This document shows, piece by piece, positions 48,629-57,894 of a DNA stretch of 64,000 nucleotides; the first letter of the stretch is position 1; each line of letters starts with the position of its first letter. The position numbers and the translations under genes were made by a program. Below the pieces are notes generated by a model, which was not told where the DNA came from, searched no databases, and saw only the letters and a program-made list of their open reading frames with translations. Source of the DNA: a virus; IMG/VR virus record IMGVR_UViG_3300028844_004552, positions 9,629 to 73,628 of that record; one strand, 5' to 3'.

Positions 48629-50089
48629 ATGTCAAAATTGATTGATGCAATCAGAACTAACGATTCCCTTACAGAAAATGGGATGACTACTAACTCAACA
48701 TCATTAAATATGTGTGTAGACATGTTCTTCACCATAGGTGCTATGAGAGGTCAAGATAAGACTCGTCTTATAAACACATTCACGAAAGCTTACGCAGAAG
48801 ATGCACTTACAGCAACAAAGTTGTTGTTCTGGGCTAGAGACGTACGTGGTGGTGCTGGAGAGAGACAAATCTTTAAGGATATCATTACTTACTTAGCAAG
48901 TTCTAAGCACAAGGAAGTTCTTAGAAAGAACTTATCACTTATCTCTGAATTCGGGAGATGGGATGACCTTCTAGTATTGGTTGGTACTCCATTGGAGACT
49001 GACGCATTAAATCTTATTGCTAATGCACTTAACGAAGGGAACGGACTTTGTGCTAAGTGGATGCCAAGACCTAACGGTGGAAACAGAGAAAATAAGAGAT
49101 GGGCTTCTGCTCTTAGAAAGCATATGGACCTTACACCAAAGGCTTATAGAACATTGTTAGTTGAAAACACTAACGTTGTTGAAACGCTTATGTGTTCAAA
49201 GGACTTCGGTTCTATCGAGTACGGTAAGATTCCATCAAAGGCTATGTCTGATTACATGAAAGCATTCGGTAAGAATGATTACGAAAGATTCACAATGTAT
49301 CTTAATGCAGTTGACAATGGTGAGGAAAAAATTAACGCTGGTGCGGTATACCCATATGATATTGTTAAGAACATGAGAAACGGTTCTAAGAATGGTGCTG
49401 ACACACAATGGAATGCGTTACCTAACTACATGGAAGGTAGCAACGAGAGAATATTACCTCTAGTTGATGTATCTGGTTCAATGCAAACTCCAGCTGGTGG
49501 AAACTCCAATATATCATGTATGGATGTGGCAATCTCATTGGGATTATACATGTCAGAGAGAAATGTTGGACCATTCAAGGATGCGTTCATTACATTCCAC
49601 TCCAATCCAACATTGGAAGTGGTTAAGGGTACACTTTCTGAAAGATATACTCAAATGCATAGCTCTAAATGGGGTGGTTCTACTAACATAGAAGCCGCAT
49701 TCGGATTGATGTTAAATAAGGCAATAGCAAACAACGTTTCTGCTGATGAAATGCCAACAATGATGATTATATTGTCAGATATGGAATTTGACTCTGCAAC
49801 AAGAGCGGGATGGGGTGAATCACACCCAAGATGGAATGCTTCGGCTCAATCTATGATTGAGGATAAGTATGCAGAAGCTGGGTACGTGATGCCTAAGATT
49901 GTATATTGGAACCTTCAATCTCGTGGAGATAAGAACAAGCCAGTTCAGTTCGATAAAAACGGAACAGCATTGGTGTCTGGATTCAGTCCAGCATTATTGA
50001 CTAGTTTGTTGGCTGGTAAGGACATGACTCCTTACAGTATGATGATGAACGTAATTAGCTCTGCTCGTTACGAGGATATAACTATATAA
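48629..50089 (+). CDS. DUF2828-family protein (Ro60/TROVE-like helical domain + vWA domain)
   Basis: TENG, LFWARDVRGGAGER, EFGRWDDL, AKWMPR, LYPY-like VYPYDIV, MIDAS DVSGSM, GGSTN, ILSDMEFD, VYWNL, SGFSP. Confidence 0.88.
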   Translation: MSKLIDAIRTNDSLTENGMTTNSTSLNMCVDMFFTIGAMRGQDKTRLINTFTKAYAEDALTATKLLFWARDVRGGAGERQIFKDIITYLASSKHKEVLRKNLSLISEFGRWDDLLVLVGTPLETDALNLIANALNEGNGLCAKWMPRPNGGNRENKRWASALRKHMDLTPKAYRTLLVENTNVVETLMCSKDFGSIEYGKIPSKAMSDYMKAFGKNDYERFTMYLNAVDNGEEKINAGAVYPYDIVKNMRNGSKNGADTQWNALPNYMEGSNERILPLVDVSGSMQTPAGGNSNISCMDVAISLGLYMSERNVGPFKDAFITFHSNPTLEVVKGTLSERYTQMHSSKWGGSTNIEAAFGLMLNKAIANNVSADEMPTMMIILSDMEFDSATRAGWGESHPRWNASAQSMIEDKYAEAGYVMPKIVYWNLQSRGDKNKPVQFDKNGTALVSGFSPALLTSLLAGKDMTPYSMMMNVISSARYEDITI

Positions 50090-50122
50090 TATTTGGGGTG
50101 GCTTCGGCTACCCCATTTGTGT

Positions 50123-50301
50123 TTTGTGATTTTAAGAATGATTACTGCAATCTTAAAACAAATATAAATAGCTACATAACAGAAAGAAATGGGTCAACTG
50201 TACGGGACCACATTTATTCGAAATTGATATCGATTTCAGCATACCAATTGTACGTTCTCTACTGGGTTAGAACTAAATGCCCCCACATTCTGTATCACAA
50301 A
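50123..50301 (+). ncRNA. Candidate Y-RNA-like ncRNA A, co-transcribed after the DUF2828 gene
   Basis: Outer stem tttgtgat/atcacaaa, inner stem agaatg/cattct-g, attactgcaa motif; lies between a UUCG hairpin (50094-50115) and a terminator. Confidence 0.6.
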
Positions 50302-50309
50302 CTTAAATT

Positions 50310-50334
50310 AAGCCTCTTTATTGAGGCTTTTTTT
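50310..50334 (+). terminator. Rho-independent terminator
   Basis: aagcctc-tttatt-gaggctt followed by T-tract. Confidence 0.85.
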
Positions 50335-50405
50335 ATTCCCTAAACCTTTACACTATAATAAAAATTACTTAGATTTAACTATAATATAAAAATAATGAAT
50401 TATAG

Positions 50406-50705
50406 ATGAAAATAGTAGTTAAACAAACGGATGAATTAAGGGGAACAACACCACCATTTAAAGATGAAAAGATGGTTGAAGAGTTTATGGTTTATTTAAT
50501 GGATGATACTGGTAGACCACTATCATGTGAAATTGTTTACGGTATAGCCGCTAAGAATGATATAGTTGGTAGGTTATTAATAGAATACTTCTTGCCAGAT
50601 AATTGGGAAGAAAATAAGGAGCGGTTTGATGTCACAACAATTGTTGAAGAAGTATCATATGAAGATTACTTAGAACCAGCTGGAATTGCAAATACAAGAA
50701 TATAA
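50406..50705 (+). CDS. Hypothetical protein
   Basis: 99-aa ORF. Confidence 0.65.
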   Translation: MKIVVKQTDELRGTTPPFKDEKMVEEFMVYLMDDTGRPLSCEIVYGIAAKNDIVGRLLIEYFLPDNWEENKERFDVTTIVEEVSYEDYLEPAGIANTRI

Positions 50706-51151
50706 TGGAAAAAGAAATTATGAAAAAAATGGCTCGATACGTCGAGTTATCAACAAAGTTCTCTAAGTCAGAAAAAGATGTCTTTACAGAAGAAGAATTA
50801 AAAACGTTACTCACTTCAAATACTACAGTAATAGGTGGTGGGAATAATAGTGTTATGATTGGTACTGTTTGTGGTACAGGACATGCTAATATAACTATGA
50901 ATAACCTTTCTAACTACTTATCCGTAAATAGTGGGTTTATGCTTGGTGATAGAGAAATTTATATTGATAAGAGCGGTAATGTTAAATCTAGAAACCCAAA
51001 GAAACCACTTACAAGAGGTGAGATGTTTGAATTAAACACAATGGTTAATATTAAAGAAAGAGCTACACTATTAGATGAGTATGATGAGTATAATAAACTA
51101 AGAGTATCACTTAATAAATATTTTGATGGTGCTAATGATTTAATAAACTAA
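50705..51151 (+). CDS. Hypothetical protein
   Basis: Coupled 148-aa ORF. Confidence 0.65.
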   Translation: MEKEIMKKMARYVELSTKFSKSEKDVFTEEELKTLLTSNTTVIGGGNNSVMIGTVCGTGHANITMNNLSNYLSVNSGFMLGDREIYIDKSGNVKSRNPKKPLTRGEMFELNTMVNIKERATLLDEYDEYNKLRVSLNKYFDGANDLIN

Positions 51152-51153
51152 GA

Positions 51154-51498
51154 ATGAAAGAGAAACAAATCACAAAAAAGGGATACCCTTTGATTTTAGT
51201 TTTCTATATGGATAGAGAATTAATGCAAACAGAAATGATGGGTCAGATAGCAATATCAATAAATGATGCAATTGCAAAACGAGACGCTAACGCAATGGCG
51301 TTCTTCGTTCCAACAGATGGTATTGAGAGAATCGAATGTATCAACCCAATAATGGTTAAGGATGCTGATATGGAACAAGTCAATAAACTTGTCCAAGACC
51401 TTACAAAGAACTTTGACATAGGTCAAGGTGCTGACGAAGGTAAGAATGACCCAGCTAACGAAATAGAAATAGAACCTAGGGAAGACGATGGAGAATAG
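51154..51498 (+). CDS. Hypothetical protein
   Basis: 114-aa ORF, ERIECINP motif. Confidence 0.7.
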   Translation: MKEKQITKKGYPLILVFYMDRELMQTEMMGQIAISINDAIAKRDANAMAFFVPTDGIERIECINPIMVKDADMEQVNKLVQDLTKNFDIGQGADEGKNDPANEIEIEPREDDGE

Positions 51499-52090
51499 GG
51501 ATTTAGCAAAAACTATTCTTGACATTGTTAACACTGAAACGAATGACTATGATGCCATTGATAAGGTTATAGAAATTCTTGATGGTTATAGTATTATATC
51601 TAAAGTAGAAGAAAACGCTAAAATGTTAATGGAGAATTGTGCGTGGACTCTTAGATGGGATTACAATGGGTTAGAGCAATATAAGGTAAAGGATATTACT
51701 ATTTTTCAAAAGGAATGGAACCAAACATTGATTACTAAGATTAATCAAATTTCTGCACAAATATCCCAAGCAACATTAACTGGTCCAGCTAAGATAATAA
51801 AAACACACCCACACTTAAAAAAGTTATTTGAGACTTTAGAGTATTATAAGGATGGTGATATACTTGGTCGATACATGGTTGAGTATGATGAAAATCTATA
51901 CTTAAATGAAGTATTTATCTATCAATCAACATGGAATAAGGTTAAATCGATTCCTAAGACAACTGTAGGTATTGCTGATGGTGAGATGGCTACCGTAACA
52001 TTCATACCTACAAGTGATTTTACTATCGATGAGAACACAGAATTCAACTCTAAATTAATTGGTTGTATAATAGTAGATAATTATGAGTGA
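51488..52090 (+). CDS. Truncated, diverged major-capsid (gp23-like) C-terminal paralog
   Basis: AWTLRWDYNG...QKEWNQTLITKINQISAQISQATLTGPA...LEY...ILGRYMV resembles the C-terminal half of T4-like major capsid proteins. Confidence 0.6.
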   Translation: MENRDLAKTILDIVNTETNDYDAIDKVIEILDGYSIISKVEENAKMLMENCAWTLRWDYNGLEQYKVKDITIFQKEWNQTLITKINQISAQISQATLTGPAKIIKTHPHLKKLFETLEYYKDGDILGRYMVEYDENLYLNEVFIYQSTWNKVKSIPKTTVGIADGEMATVTFIPTSDFTIDENTEFNSKLIGCIIVDNYE

Positions 52091-52253
52091 TAAGAATCAG
52101 AAGGAACATCAATTACTGGCTCTACTCTATAGAGTTGACGAATTACTACTTGAGCTACGTGCTGGTGGTAAAGATAGTGAAGATTACAAGCGACTTGGTA
52201 TTATTATAAAGAACTTGGAGAATTATCTTCAAGATGAACAAGACTTAAGTTAG
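52083..52253 (+). CDS. Small helical protein (56 aa, not in ORF track)
   Basis: MSDKNQKEHQLLALLYRVDELLLELRAGG...; overlaps upstream stop and abuts convergent gene. Confidence 0.55.
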   Translation: MSDKNQKEHQLLALLYRVDELLLELRAGGKDSEDYKRLGIIIKNLENYLQDEQDLS

Positions 52254-52912
52254 GGTTTTGTAGAAGTTCTACGAATCTTTTCTATTGACCAATCCGTATT
52301 TTCTAGAATTACATCATACATCCTTGATACGGTAGCTGGACTAGCAGTACCCATAAAGATAAGACTCTTGACACTATTCTTCTTTGCGGCATCATGCAAT
52401 GCATGGTGAAGTCTTTGAGCATCACGCTTATTCTTACAAACAACCATATTAAACTCTTCCTCACTGTGAATCAATAACTTATTGTGTACAACAATAATTT
52501 GCTTTGCATACTTAGCTCTATGAGCACCCTTCATTAGTGGTCTCATTATATCTGCTATGGTTTTTCTATCGTGTATTGGGTTGTGACCATACAACCAGAA
52601 TGTTTCTTCGTAGTTGTATTCACATGAAGCTAATACTGTCCATATCCCGAATAGGGTTTTTTCTTTGTATACACGCCCGTAATCATCTCGGAGTGTTCTT
52701 TCCTTGTCTTCTTCCTCAAAGTCCTTTACAACGCATATTTTGTACGTTACGGGGCGAATTCCGTTGCTATTGATATACTTCCTAGGGAAGATAACACTTT
52801 CATTCTCCAGTTTAATGGATTGATAGTTAATAAAAGAGGTATCTTTCGTCTTACAACGATGAATTGTCTTCTTATACTCTCCATTTCTCAATAAAATGAC
52901 TCTATATACCAT
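52250..52912 (-). CDS. Hypothetical basic protein
   Basis: 220-aa minus-strand ORF with gtatattta upstream. Confidence 0.75.
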   Translation of the reverse strand: MVYRVILLRNGEYKKTIHRCKTKDTSFINYQSIKLENESVIFPRKYINSNGIRPVTYKICVVKDFEEEDKERTLRDDYGRVYKEKTLFGIWTVLASCEYNYEETFWLYGHNPIHDRKTIADIMRPLMKGAHRAKYAKQIIVVHNKLLIHSEEEFNMVVCKNKRDAQRLHHALHDAAKKNSVKSLIFMGTASPATVSRMYDVILENTDWSIEKIRRTSTKP

Positions 52913-52966
52913 GTTAGTCTTTATTTATTCCTTAAATATACGTAAATTAAAAAAAAGATAAACTGC

Positions 52967-53995
52967 ATGGCGAAAAGAGATTATTATGAAGTATTAGGTG
53001 TAAGTAAAACTGCATCAGAAAAGGAAATTAAAAAAGCTTATAGAACAATAGCTAAGGAGAATCATCCAGACGTTAAACCAGACGACAAAGCAGCTGAGGA
53101 AGTATTCAGAGAAGCCGCAGAAGCCTACGAAACCTTAAGTGATAAGGATAAGAAGAATAACTATGATAGATTCGGTCACCAAGGTGCTCAGAGAGTTAAG
53201 GGTAGGCAAGACATGGAAGATATGATGCGTGAGATGTTCGGCAACCAACGACAACAAGTTAGGAAGGGTGAAAGTCTTAGATTGAATCTTAAGATGTCAC
53301 TTGAAGAAATGTTTAGTGGTGCTAAAAAAACATTAAAGTATGCTAAACAAGTTGTTTGTAAACCTTGTAATGGTAAGGGTGGTCATAACGTAAAAGGTTG
53401 TGGTGTCTGCAAGGGTTCTGGAATGATGTTTAGAAACATAAGGATGGGTAACCAAATGTTTCAAGAACAAAGTACATGTCAAAGCTGTAGAGGTACTGGT
53501 GAGATGATATCAGATATATGTAAGAACTGTAAGGGTGCTAAAACGATTAGTAAAACAAACACACTTGAAGTTGACATACCATCTGGAGTTATGGATGGAA
53601 TGCAAATAATATCCGAAGGTGGTGGTCATGAAACACCTAATGGTCACAATGGTGATGTAATGGTTGTATTAACACAATTATCTCACAACACATTTATTAG
53701 AAGTGGTAATGACTTGAAGGTTAATTTAAAATTAAGTTATACACAATTAGTATTAGGTGATAAGATTGAGATTGAAACCATAGAGGGTGGTAAGATACGA
53801 GCAACTATTCCACCATATAGCAATGTTGATGATAATCTTAGAATTCCTAACAAGGGAATGAATATTTTACATTCAAATGGACAGCGAGGTGATATGATAA
53901 TAATTCTAAGTGTCTCAGTACCAACAGAAGTGAGTGATGAGGAAAAAGAATTGCTAGAAAAATTACAGGATATCCAAAATAAGGTTGCACAGTAA
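52967..53995 (+). CDS. dnaJ: Molecular chaperone DnaJ
   Basis: DYYEVLGV, HPD motif, four CxxCxGxG-type repeats, C-terminal domain. Confidence 0.95.
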   Translation: MAKRDYYEVLGVSKTASEKEIKKAYRTIAKENHPDVKPDDKAAEEVFREAAEAYETLSDKDKKNNYDRFGHQGAQRVKGRQDMEDMMREMFGNQRQQVRKGESLRLNLKMSLEEMFSGAKKTLKYAKQVVCKPCNGKGGHNVKGCGVCKGSGMMFRNIRMGNQMFQEQSTCQSCRGTGEMISDICKNCKGAKTISKTNTLEVDIPSGVMDGMQIISEGGGHETPNGHNGDVMVVLTQLSHNTFIRSGNDLKVNLKLSYTQLVLGDKIEIETIEGGKIRATIPPYSNVDDNLRIPNKGMNILHSNGQRGDMIIILSVSVPTEVSDEEKELLEKLQDIQNKVAQ

Positions 53996-54047
53996 GCATA
54001 TTAGGTGTATATTTGTAATCTAATATTTAAAACAAAAAAGAAAAATT

Positions 54048-54476
54048 ATGGCAAAATTCGAAGAACCATTTGACAGTACAAAATCAGTATTCAAAACAGT
54101 TATTGATTTTACAGAGTTAGACAAAGTATTAACTTTTGATATCATCACTAACAACAAACTTAGGGAAATTTTCAAGGTAGCGAAGACCAACGATTACGAA
54201 AAACACAGAACTGGTGTTGATATTAAAATCTTTATCAATGAAGAGGTATTTGAAATGCTTGACGAGGTTCAACAAATGATAATTGTGGAAGAAGCATTAG
54301 CATATGTTGAATACAACTATGAAAAGGATACGGTTAAGATTAACAAACCAGATGTTATGGGTCACTCTGGAGTTATTAGTAAATTTGGTGACAAACTTTA
54401 CCTTGACACACTTACAATAATCAAAGCTGCTTTCAATTCATTAAAAGAAGCTAAGGAGGAAGAAGCTACGGCTTAA
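54048..54476 (+). CDS. Putative phage metallopeptidase-like protein (zinc ligands degenerate)
   Basis: IFINEEVFEML...QQMIIVEEAL...KPDV...G pattern. Confidence 0.5.
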   Translation: MAKFEEPFDSTKSVFKTVIDFTELDKVLTFDIITNNKLREIFKVAKTNDYEKHRTGVDIKIFINEEVFEMLDEVQQMIIVEEALAYVEYNYEKDTVKINKPDVMGHSGVISKFGDKLYLDTLTIIKAAFNSLKEAKEEEATA

Positions 54477-54491
54477 AAAAGAAAAAAAAAT

Positions 54492-55223
54492 ATGATAGAT
54501 TTTTATTCAGAATTTAAAGACTACGCAATAAAACATATGGGTATTAGCGGTCTCCAATTCCATGATTGGGAGAAGGTACAAGAGACGTTATACTCGAATG
54601 TGATGACACAAGCTAATTATGGTATTCAAGGAAATATGACACCTTACATTATTGAGGAACGTCAAATGAATATGACTCAAATGGATATCTTTTCACGAAT
54701 GATGATGGATAGAATCCTTTGGGTTGCTGGACCAGTTAATGACCAAATGAGTAATGTTGTTTCAGCACAGCTTATGTTCTTAGATAATGTTGATGAGACT
54801 GATATTAAGATGCATGTAGATTCACCTGGTGGGTCGGTCAAGTCTGGACTATCAATGGTAGATACCATGAACTATATTGCTTCCGATGTCTCAACAATTA
54901 ACTTTGGTATGGCTGCATCAATGGGTTCAATTCTATTAGGTAATGGTGAGAAGGGGAAACGTTTCTCTTTACCAAATTCAGTTGTGATGCTTCACCAAGT
55001 TTCATCTGGTGCACGAGGTCATGTTGAAGATATGAAGATTAGTCTTGAACAAGCTGTTAAGTATAATGATAAGTTATTTGATATGCTTGGTGATTATACT
55101 GGTAAGACCAAAAAGAAAGTAATTGCTGATTGTAACAGAGATAATTGGTTGGATGCTGATGAAGCACTCAAGTATGGTATTATCGATGGTATTATCAAGA
55201 ATAAGGTTAAAAAGAATATCTAA
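54492..55223 (+). CDS. clpP: ATP-dependent Clp protease proteolytic subunit
   Basis: PYIIEE, DIFSRMMMDRI, DSPGGSV, GMAASMGS, MLHQVSSG, RDNWL.A.EA..YG.ID. Confidence 0.95.
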   Translation: MIDFYSEFKDYAIKHMGISGLQFHDWEKVQETLYSNVMTQANYGIQGNMTPYIIEERQMNMTQMDIFSRMMMDRILWVAGPVNDQMSNVVSAQLMFLDNVDETDIKMHVDSPGGSVKSGLSMVDTMNYIASDVSTINFGMAASMGSILLGNGEKGKRFSLPNSVVMLHQVSSGARGHVEDMKISLEQAVKYNDKLFDMLGDYTGKTKKKVIADCNRDNWLDADEALKYGIIDGIIKNKVKKNI

Positions 55224-55570
55224 TGAAGGTCGCAGTTGTTGGGGGTAGAACCTTTGATGATTATAAGAGACTTGAGCGTACCCTAGATTCAATTTTAGCT
55301 GGTGCTGGATTTGACACCATCGTAAGTGGTGGTGCTATAGGTGCTGATTCACTTGGAGCTAGATATGCGGACGAGAGAGGTCTTAAAAAGATAATTCATC
55401 TTCCAGATTGGGACCTACACGGAAAGGCTGCTGGTTTCATTAGAAATGAATTAATAATAACTGATGCTGATATAGTTGTTGCTTGTTGGAATGGTGAAAG
55501 CCGAGGAACCAACAATTCAATAGCATTGGCAAAACAACAAAAGAAAGATACACTTACATTATATTATTAG
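55223..55570 (+). CDS. SLOG-superfamily protein (DUF2493/YspA-like)
   Basis: MKVAVVGGR.F.D, IVSGGAIGAD, DW..HGKAAGFIRN, WNGESRGT. Confidence 0.88.
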   Translation: MKVAVVGGRTFDDYKRLERTLDSILAGAGFDTIVSGGAIGADSLGARYADERGLKKIIHLPDWDLHGKAAGFIRNELIITDADIVVACWNGESRGTNNSIALAKQQKKDTLTLYY

Positions 55571-55572
55571 TT

Positions 55573-55851
55573 ATGGTAAAAGAAAGAGAAAGATTCACGG
55601 TAAGTGAAGAAGAAATTGATGACTTCACAAGTGAAGATAGTTGGGAAATAAATGGTGAGACTTATAATTTCGTTGAGGATTATCCAAGTAGAGATTGTGA
55701 TGGGGAATGTCATAATGTTGTTGTACAAAGAGAATCGGATAAGAAGTACTTCCTATTCTTTTGGATGTTAACACGTAGTGAAAATTATCATTATGATGAA
55801 GATTGGAACGAAGTAACTCGTAAAGAGGTGATAACTGTAACTTGGGAATAG
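55573..55851 (+). CDS. Hypothetical acidic protein
   Basis: 92-aa ORF. Confidence 0.65.
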   Translation: MVKERERFTVSEEEIDDFTSEDSWEINGETYNFVEDYPSRDCDGECHNVVVQRESDKKYFLFFWMLTRSENYHYDEDWNEVTRKEVITVTWE

Positions 55852-55864
55852 AATAATTATTAAA

Positions 55865-56227
55865 ATTGTGTTACTTCCATAAAAAAAAATAAAAATATAT
55901 GGAAACAATTATATTAATATTGATATCAGTCGCTTCAACATTGGGTGTTGTTGCTATAGTTACGGCTATAGTGGTTGCGTTCTTTAAGTTGAAGAATAAG
56001 GTTGATTATACAGATTTAGATAGCTTAACAAATGAAATGAATCAGAGGTTTGATGACTTATATCGAACAACCAATGATACAGATTTAGAAACAAGAAGGG
56101 TCATAGACTCTAGGTGTGATAAGTTAGACACCAAAATACAAAACTTAAATAAAACAATAATCAAGGGTGGTAAACAATTACTAACCGATTAAATAAGAAT
56201 AAAAATAACAATAAGAAGTAACACAAT
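55865..56227. repeat. 13-bp perfect inverted repeat flanking one gene
   Basis: attgtgttacttc (55865-55877) / gaagtaacacaat (56215-56227). Confidence 0.8.
55899..56192 (+). CDS. Single-TM coiled-coil protein
   Basis: N-terminal hydrophobic helix then coiled coil, IDSRCDKL. Confidence 0.7.
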   Translation: METIILILISVASTLGVVAIVTAIVVAFFKLKNKVDYTDLDSLTNEMNQRFDDLYRTTNDTDLETRRVIDSRCDKLDTKIQNLNKTIIKGGKQLLTD

Positions 56228-56260
56228 AAAAGAGGGATTCGAAAGTTTTCCTCTTTTTTT
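56228..56260 (+). terminator. Rho-independent terminator
   Basis: aaaagaggga...ttcctcttttttt hairpin. Confidence 0.7.
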
Positions 56261-56270
56261 ATTAAAAAAC

Positions 56271-56301
56271 TTGACATTAGATAAAACTTTTAGTATATTT
56301 G
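56271..56301 (+). promoter_or_regulatory. Promoter for tmRNA (TTGACA-N14-TAGTATATTTG), followed by boxA-like GTTCTTTAA at 56322
   Basis: Conserved motif and spacing. Confidence 0.85.
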
Positions 56302-56335
56302 CACATATTTAAAAGATACACGTTCTTTAATTTAT

Positions 56336-56703
56336 GGGGTTGACTGGCATTTGATTGTTTATTAAAACATGATTTGTAAGCATGCACAGCGAAGTGGACA
56401 AGCTGTTAAAACTGAGACACAAATTTAACTGGAAACTTAACTGTATCCGAAAATTTCCTTGACAACGCATCGATAGGTGTGCTTGACGGAGAGATGGCTG
56501 TAGCCTAAAACAGCACATGGTACTGGTATCGTACCGAACTTCAATGATAAACGAAGTAAACATATATCCAAGATAACTTTTATTAGAAACACCGACTTGT
56601 AAAATCGGGAACTAGTAAACTTTGCTAGAATTAGAAACTAGATAAGCATGTAGAAAACACTTTATGTGTAAGCAAGACGAGAGTTCGAATCTCTCCAACT
56701 CCA
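56336..56703 (+). ncRNA. ssrA: tmRNA, tag (A)GNLTVSENFLDNASIGVLDGEMAVA*
   Basis: Acceptor stem GGGGTTG/CAACTCC with G3.U70, GAC-gagag-TTCGAAT-ctctc T-arm, GCATG helix-2 pair, taact-GGA resume context at 56431, stop at 56506-56508; CCA not encoded. Confidence 0.92.
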
Positions 56704-56742
56704 CGCTAACGCTCCACACCCACAAGTTGGGAGTGAAATATT

Positions 56743-56782
56743 AAGCCTCGTATTGACAAGAATGCGGGGCTTCGTTGTTTTT
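56743..56782 (+). terminator. Probable terminator after tmRNA
   Basis: aagcctcgtatt-gacaag-aatgcggggctt hairpin followed by T-rich tract. Confidence 0.65.
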
Positions 56783-56825
56783 ATACTTTTACGTTTACGA
56801 AGGTATTTATCATAAAAACAACGTT

Positions 56826-57119
56826 ATGTCAAAGAAAAAAAGATTTAAATTATTCACAGATATTCTAAAACAAAATGGAAAGTATTCTCAAGGTAGAGTT
56901 TATCTTCTTTGGTCTGTGGTAGCATATTATATTACATTAGGTATACTTACTTTCTCTGGTATTAGAAAGGATGAAATAGAAATGGAAAACTTTAAGATGA
57001 TTGTTGATGCATTAGAATATGCAATGACATTATTCGGTGGTTATGTATTTGGTGGTAAGTTCTTAGAAGTAGTGAAAGTAGTTCGAGGAAATAAATCTGA
57101 ATCAGAAAATGAGGGGTAA
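56826..57119 (+). CDS. Two-TM holin-like membrane protein
   Basis: ATG 56826 after gtatttat motif; basic N-term, GKYSQGR then two TMs. Confidence 0.6.
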   Translation: MSKKKRFKLFTDILKQNGKYSQGRVYLLWSVVAYYITLGILTFSGIRKDEIEMENFKMIVDALEYAMTLFGGYVFGGKFLEVVKVVRGNKSESENEG

Positions 57120-57149
57120 AATAAAAGGGTCAATTAAGACCCTTTAAAG

Positions 57150-57224
57150 TTATTTACTAGTATTAGTAGTATTTGCCGCTGGTTTCGGCTTCGGCTTATT
57201 TTTCTTTTTGCATCCACATCCCAT
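57150..57224 (-). CDS. 24-aa MGCGCK basic peptide (not in ORF track)
   Basis: MGCGCKKKNKPKPKPAANTTNTSK*; gatatttatt motif upstream on minus strand; hairpin 57124-57145 downstream. Confidence 0.6.
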   Translation of the reverse strand: MGCGCKKKNKPKPKPAANTTNTSK

Positions 57225-57332
57225 AATTTATATTTTTTAGTTAAACTTATTATCTTATACTAATAAATATCATTTTAATTGAAAATAAAGTCTAATTGTT
57301 GACAAATTTATTAAAAATGTTATATTTAAGGT

Positions 57333-57566
57333 ATGATAAACTTATTTAAACGTACGAGTATTTCAATTCTTGATAAAGATTGGAAACCAATTAAACAAGG
57401 TGTAAAATTAAAACACATACCTAGATATGATGAAATTGTCTGGATTGAAGAAACCCACCAATATTATAAGGTATTAAATGTAGTTTATTATCTAAATAAG
57501 AAACAAGGTATATTTATTATTGTTGGTGAAATGGATAATAAATCATTGAAAATCAAGGAAAAGTAA
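57333..57566 (+). CDS. Hypothetical protein
   Basis: 77-aa ORF after ttgaca...tatattta. Confidence 0.65.
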   Translation: MINLFKRTSISILDKDWKPIKQGVKLKHIPRYDEIVWIEETHQYYKVLNVVYYLNKKQGIFIIVGEMDNKSLKIKEK

Positions 57567-57595
57567 ATTAATTTCAAAGAAAAATGAAATTTTAC

Positions 57596-57626
57596 TTGAC
57601 AAGTGAGTATATATGTAGTATATTTG
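57596..57626 (+). promoter_or_regulatory. Promoter of small-RNA cluster (TTGACA-N14-TAGTATATTTG)
   Basis: Conserved motif; boxA-like GTTCATTGAA at ~57646; about 1 kb without ORFs follows. Confidence 0.85.
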
Positions 57627-57666
57627 TATTCTATTAAGCGAAATAGTTCATTGAAAATTAAGATAT

Positions 57667-57800
57667 AGTCAAAAAGGATAATTACGGCAAACCGTAAAAC
57701 AAAATCTAAAGGAAGTGGTTAAGTATAGGTTCCACATAAAATAAACCGCCATGGTGTCTAGACCCATGTAAAAAAAACACTAAACCATTATTCTGTGACT
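57667..57800 (+). ncRNA. Candidate Y-RNA-like ncRNA B
   Basis: agtca/tgact outer stem, aggataat/attattct-g inner stem, tacggcaa motif. Confidence 0.6.
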
Positions 57801-57808
57801 TAAAAAAA

Positions 57809-57889
57809 TTGATTAAGGTCTAAGGGTCCTAAGTGTGTAACAGCAATGTTCGAACTCCATCTAGAATGGTGACCTCTGACCTTAATCAA
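57809..57889 (+). ncRNA. Candidate Y-RNA-like ncRNA C
   Basis: 12-bp perfect stem ttgattaaggtc/gaccttaatcaa, inner agggtc/gacctct-g, aacagcaa motif. Confidence 0.65.
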
Positions 57890-57894
57890 CAACT

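Noticed and set aside
50098-50343. 81-aa ORF after DUF2828
   Set aside because: GTG start inside a UUCG hairpin, runs through a terminator, atypical composition; region is better explained as structured RNA
56327-56563. 78-aa minus-strand ORF
   Set aside because: Antisense to the tmRNA
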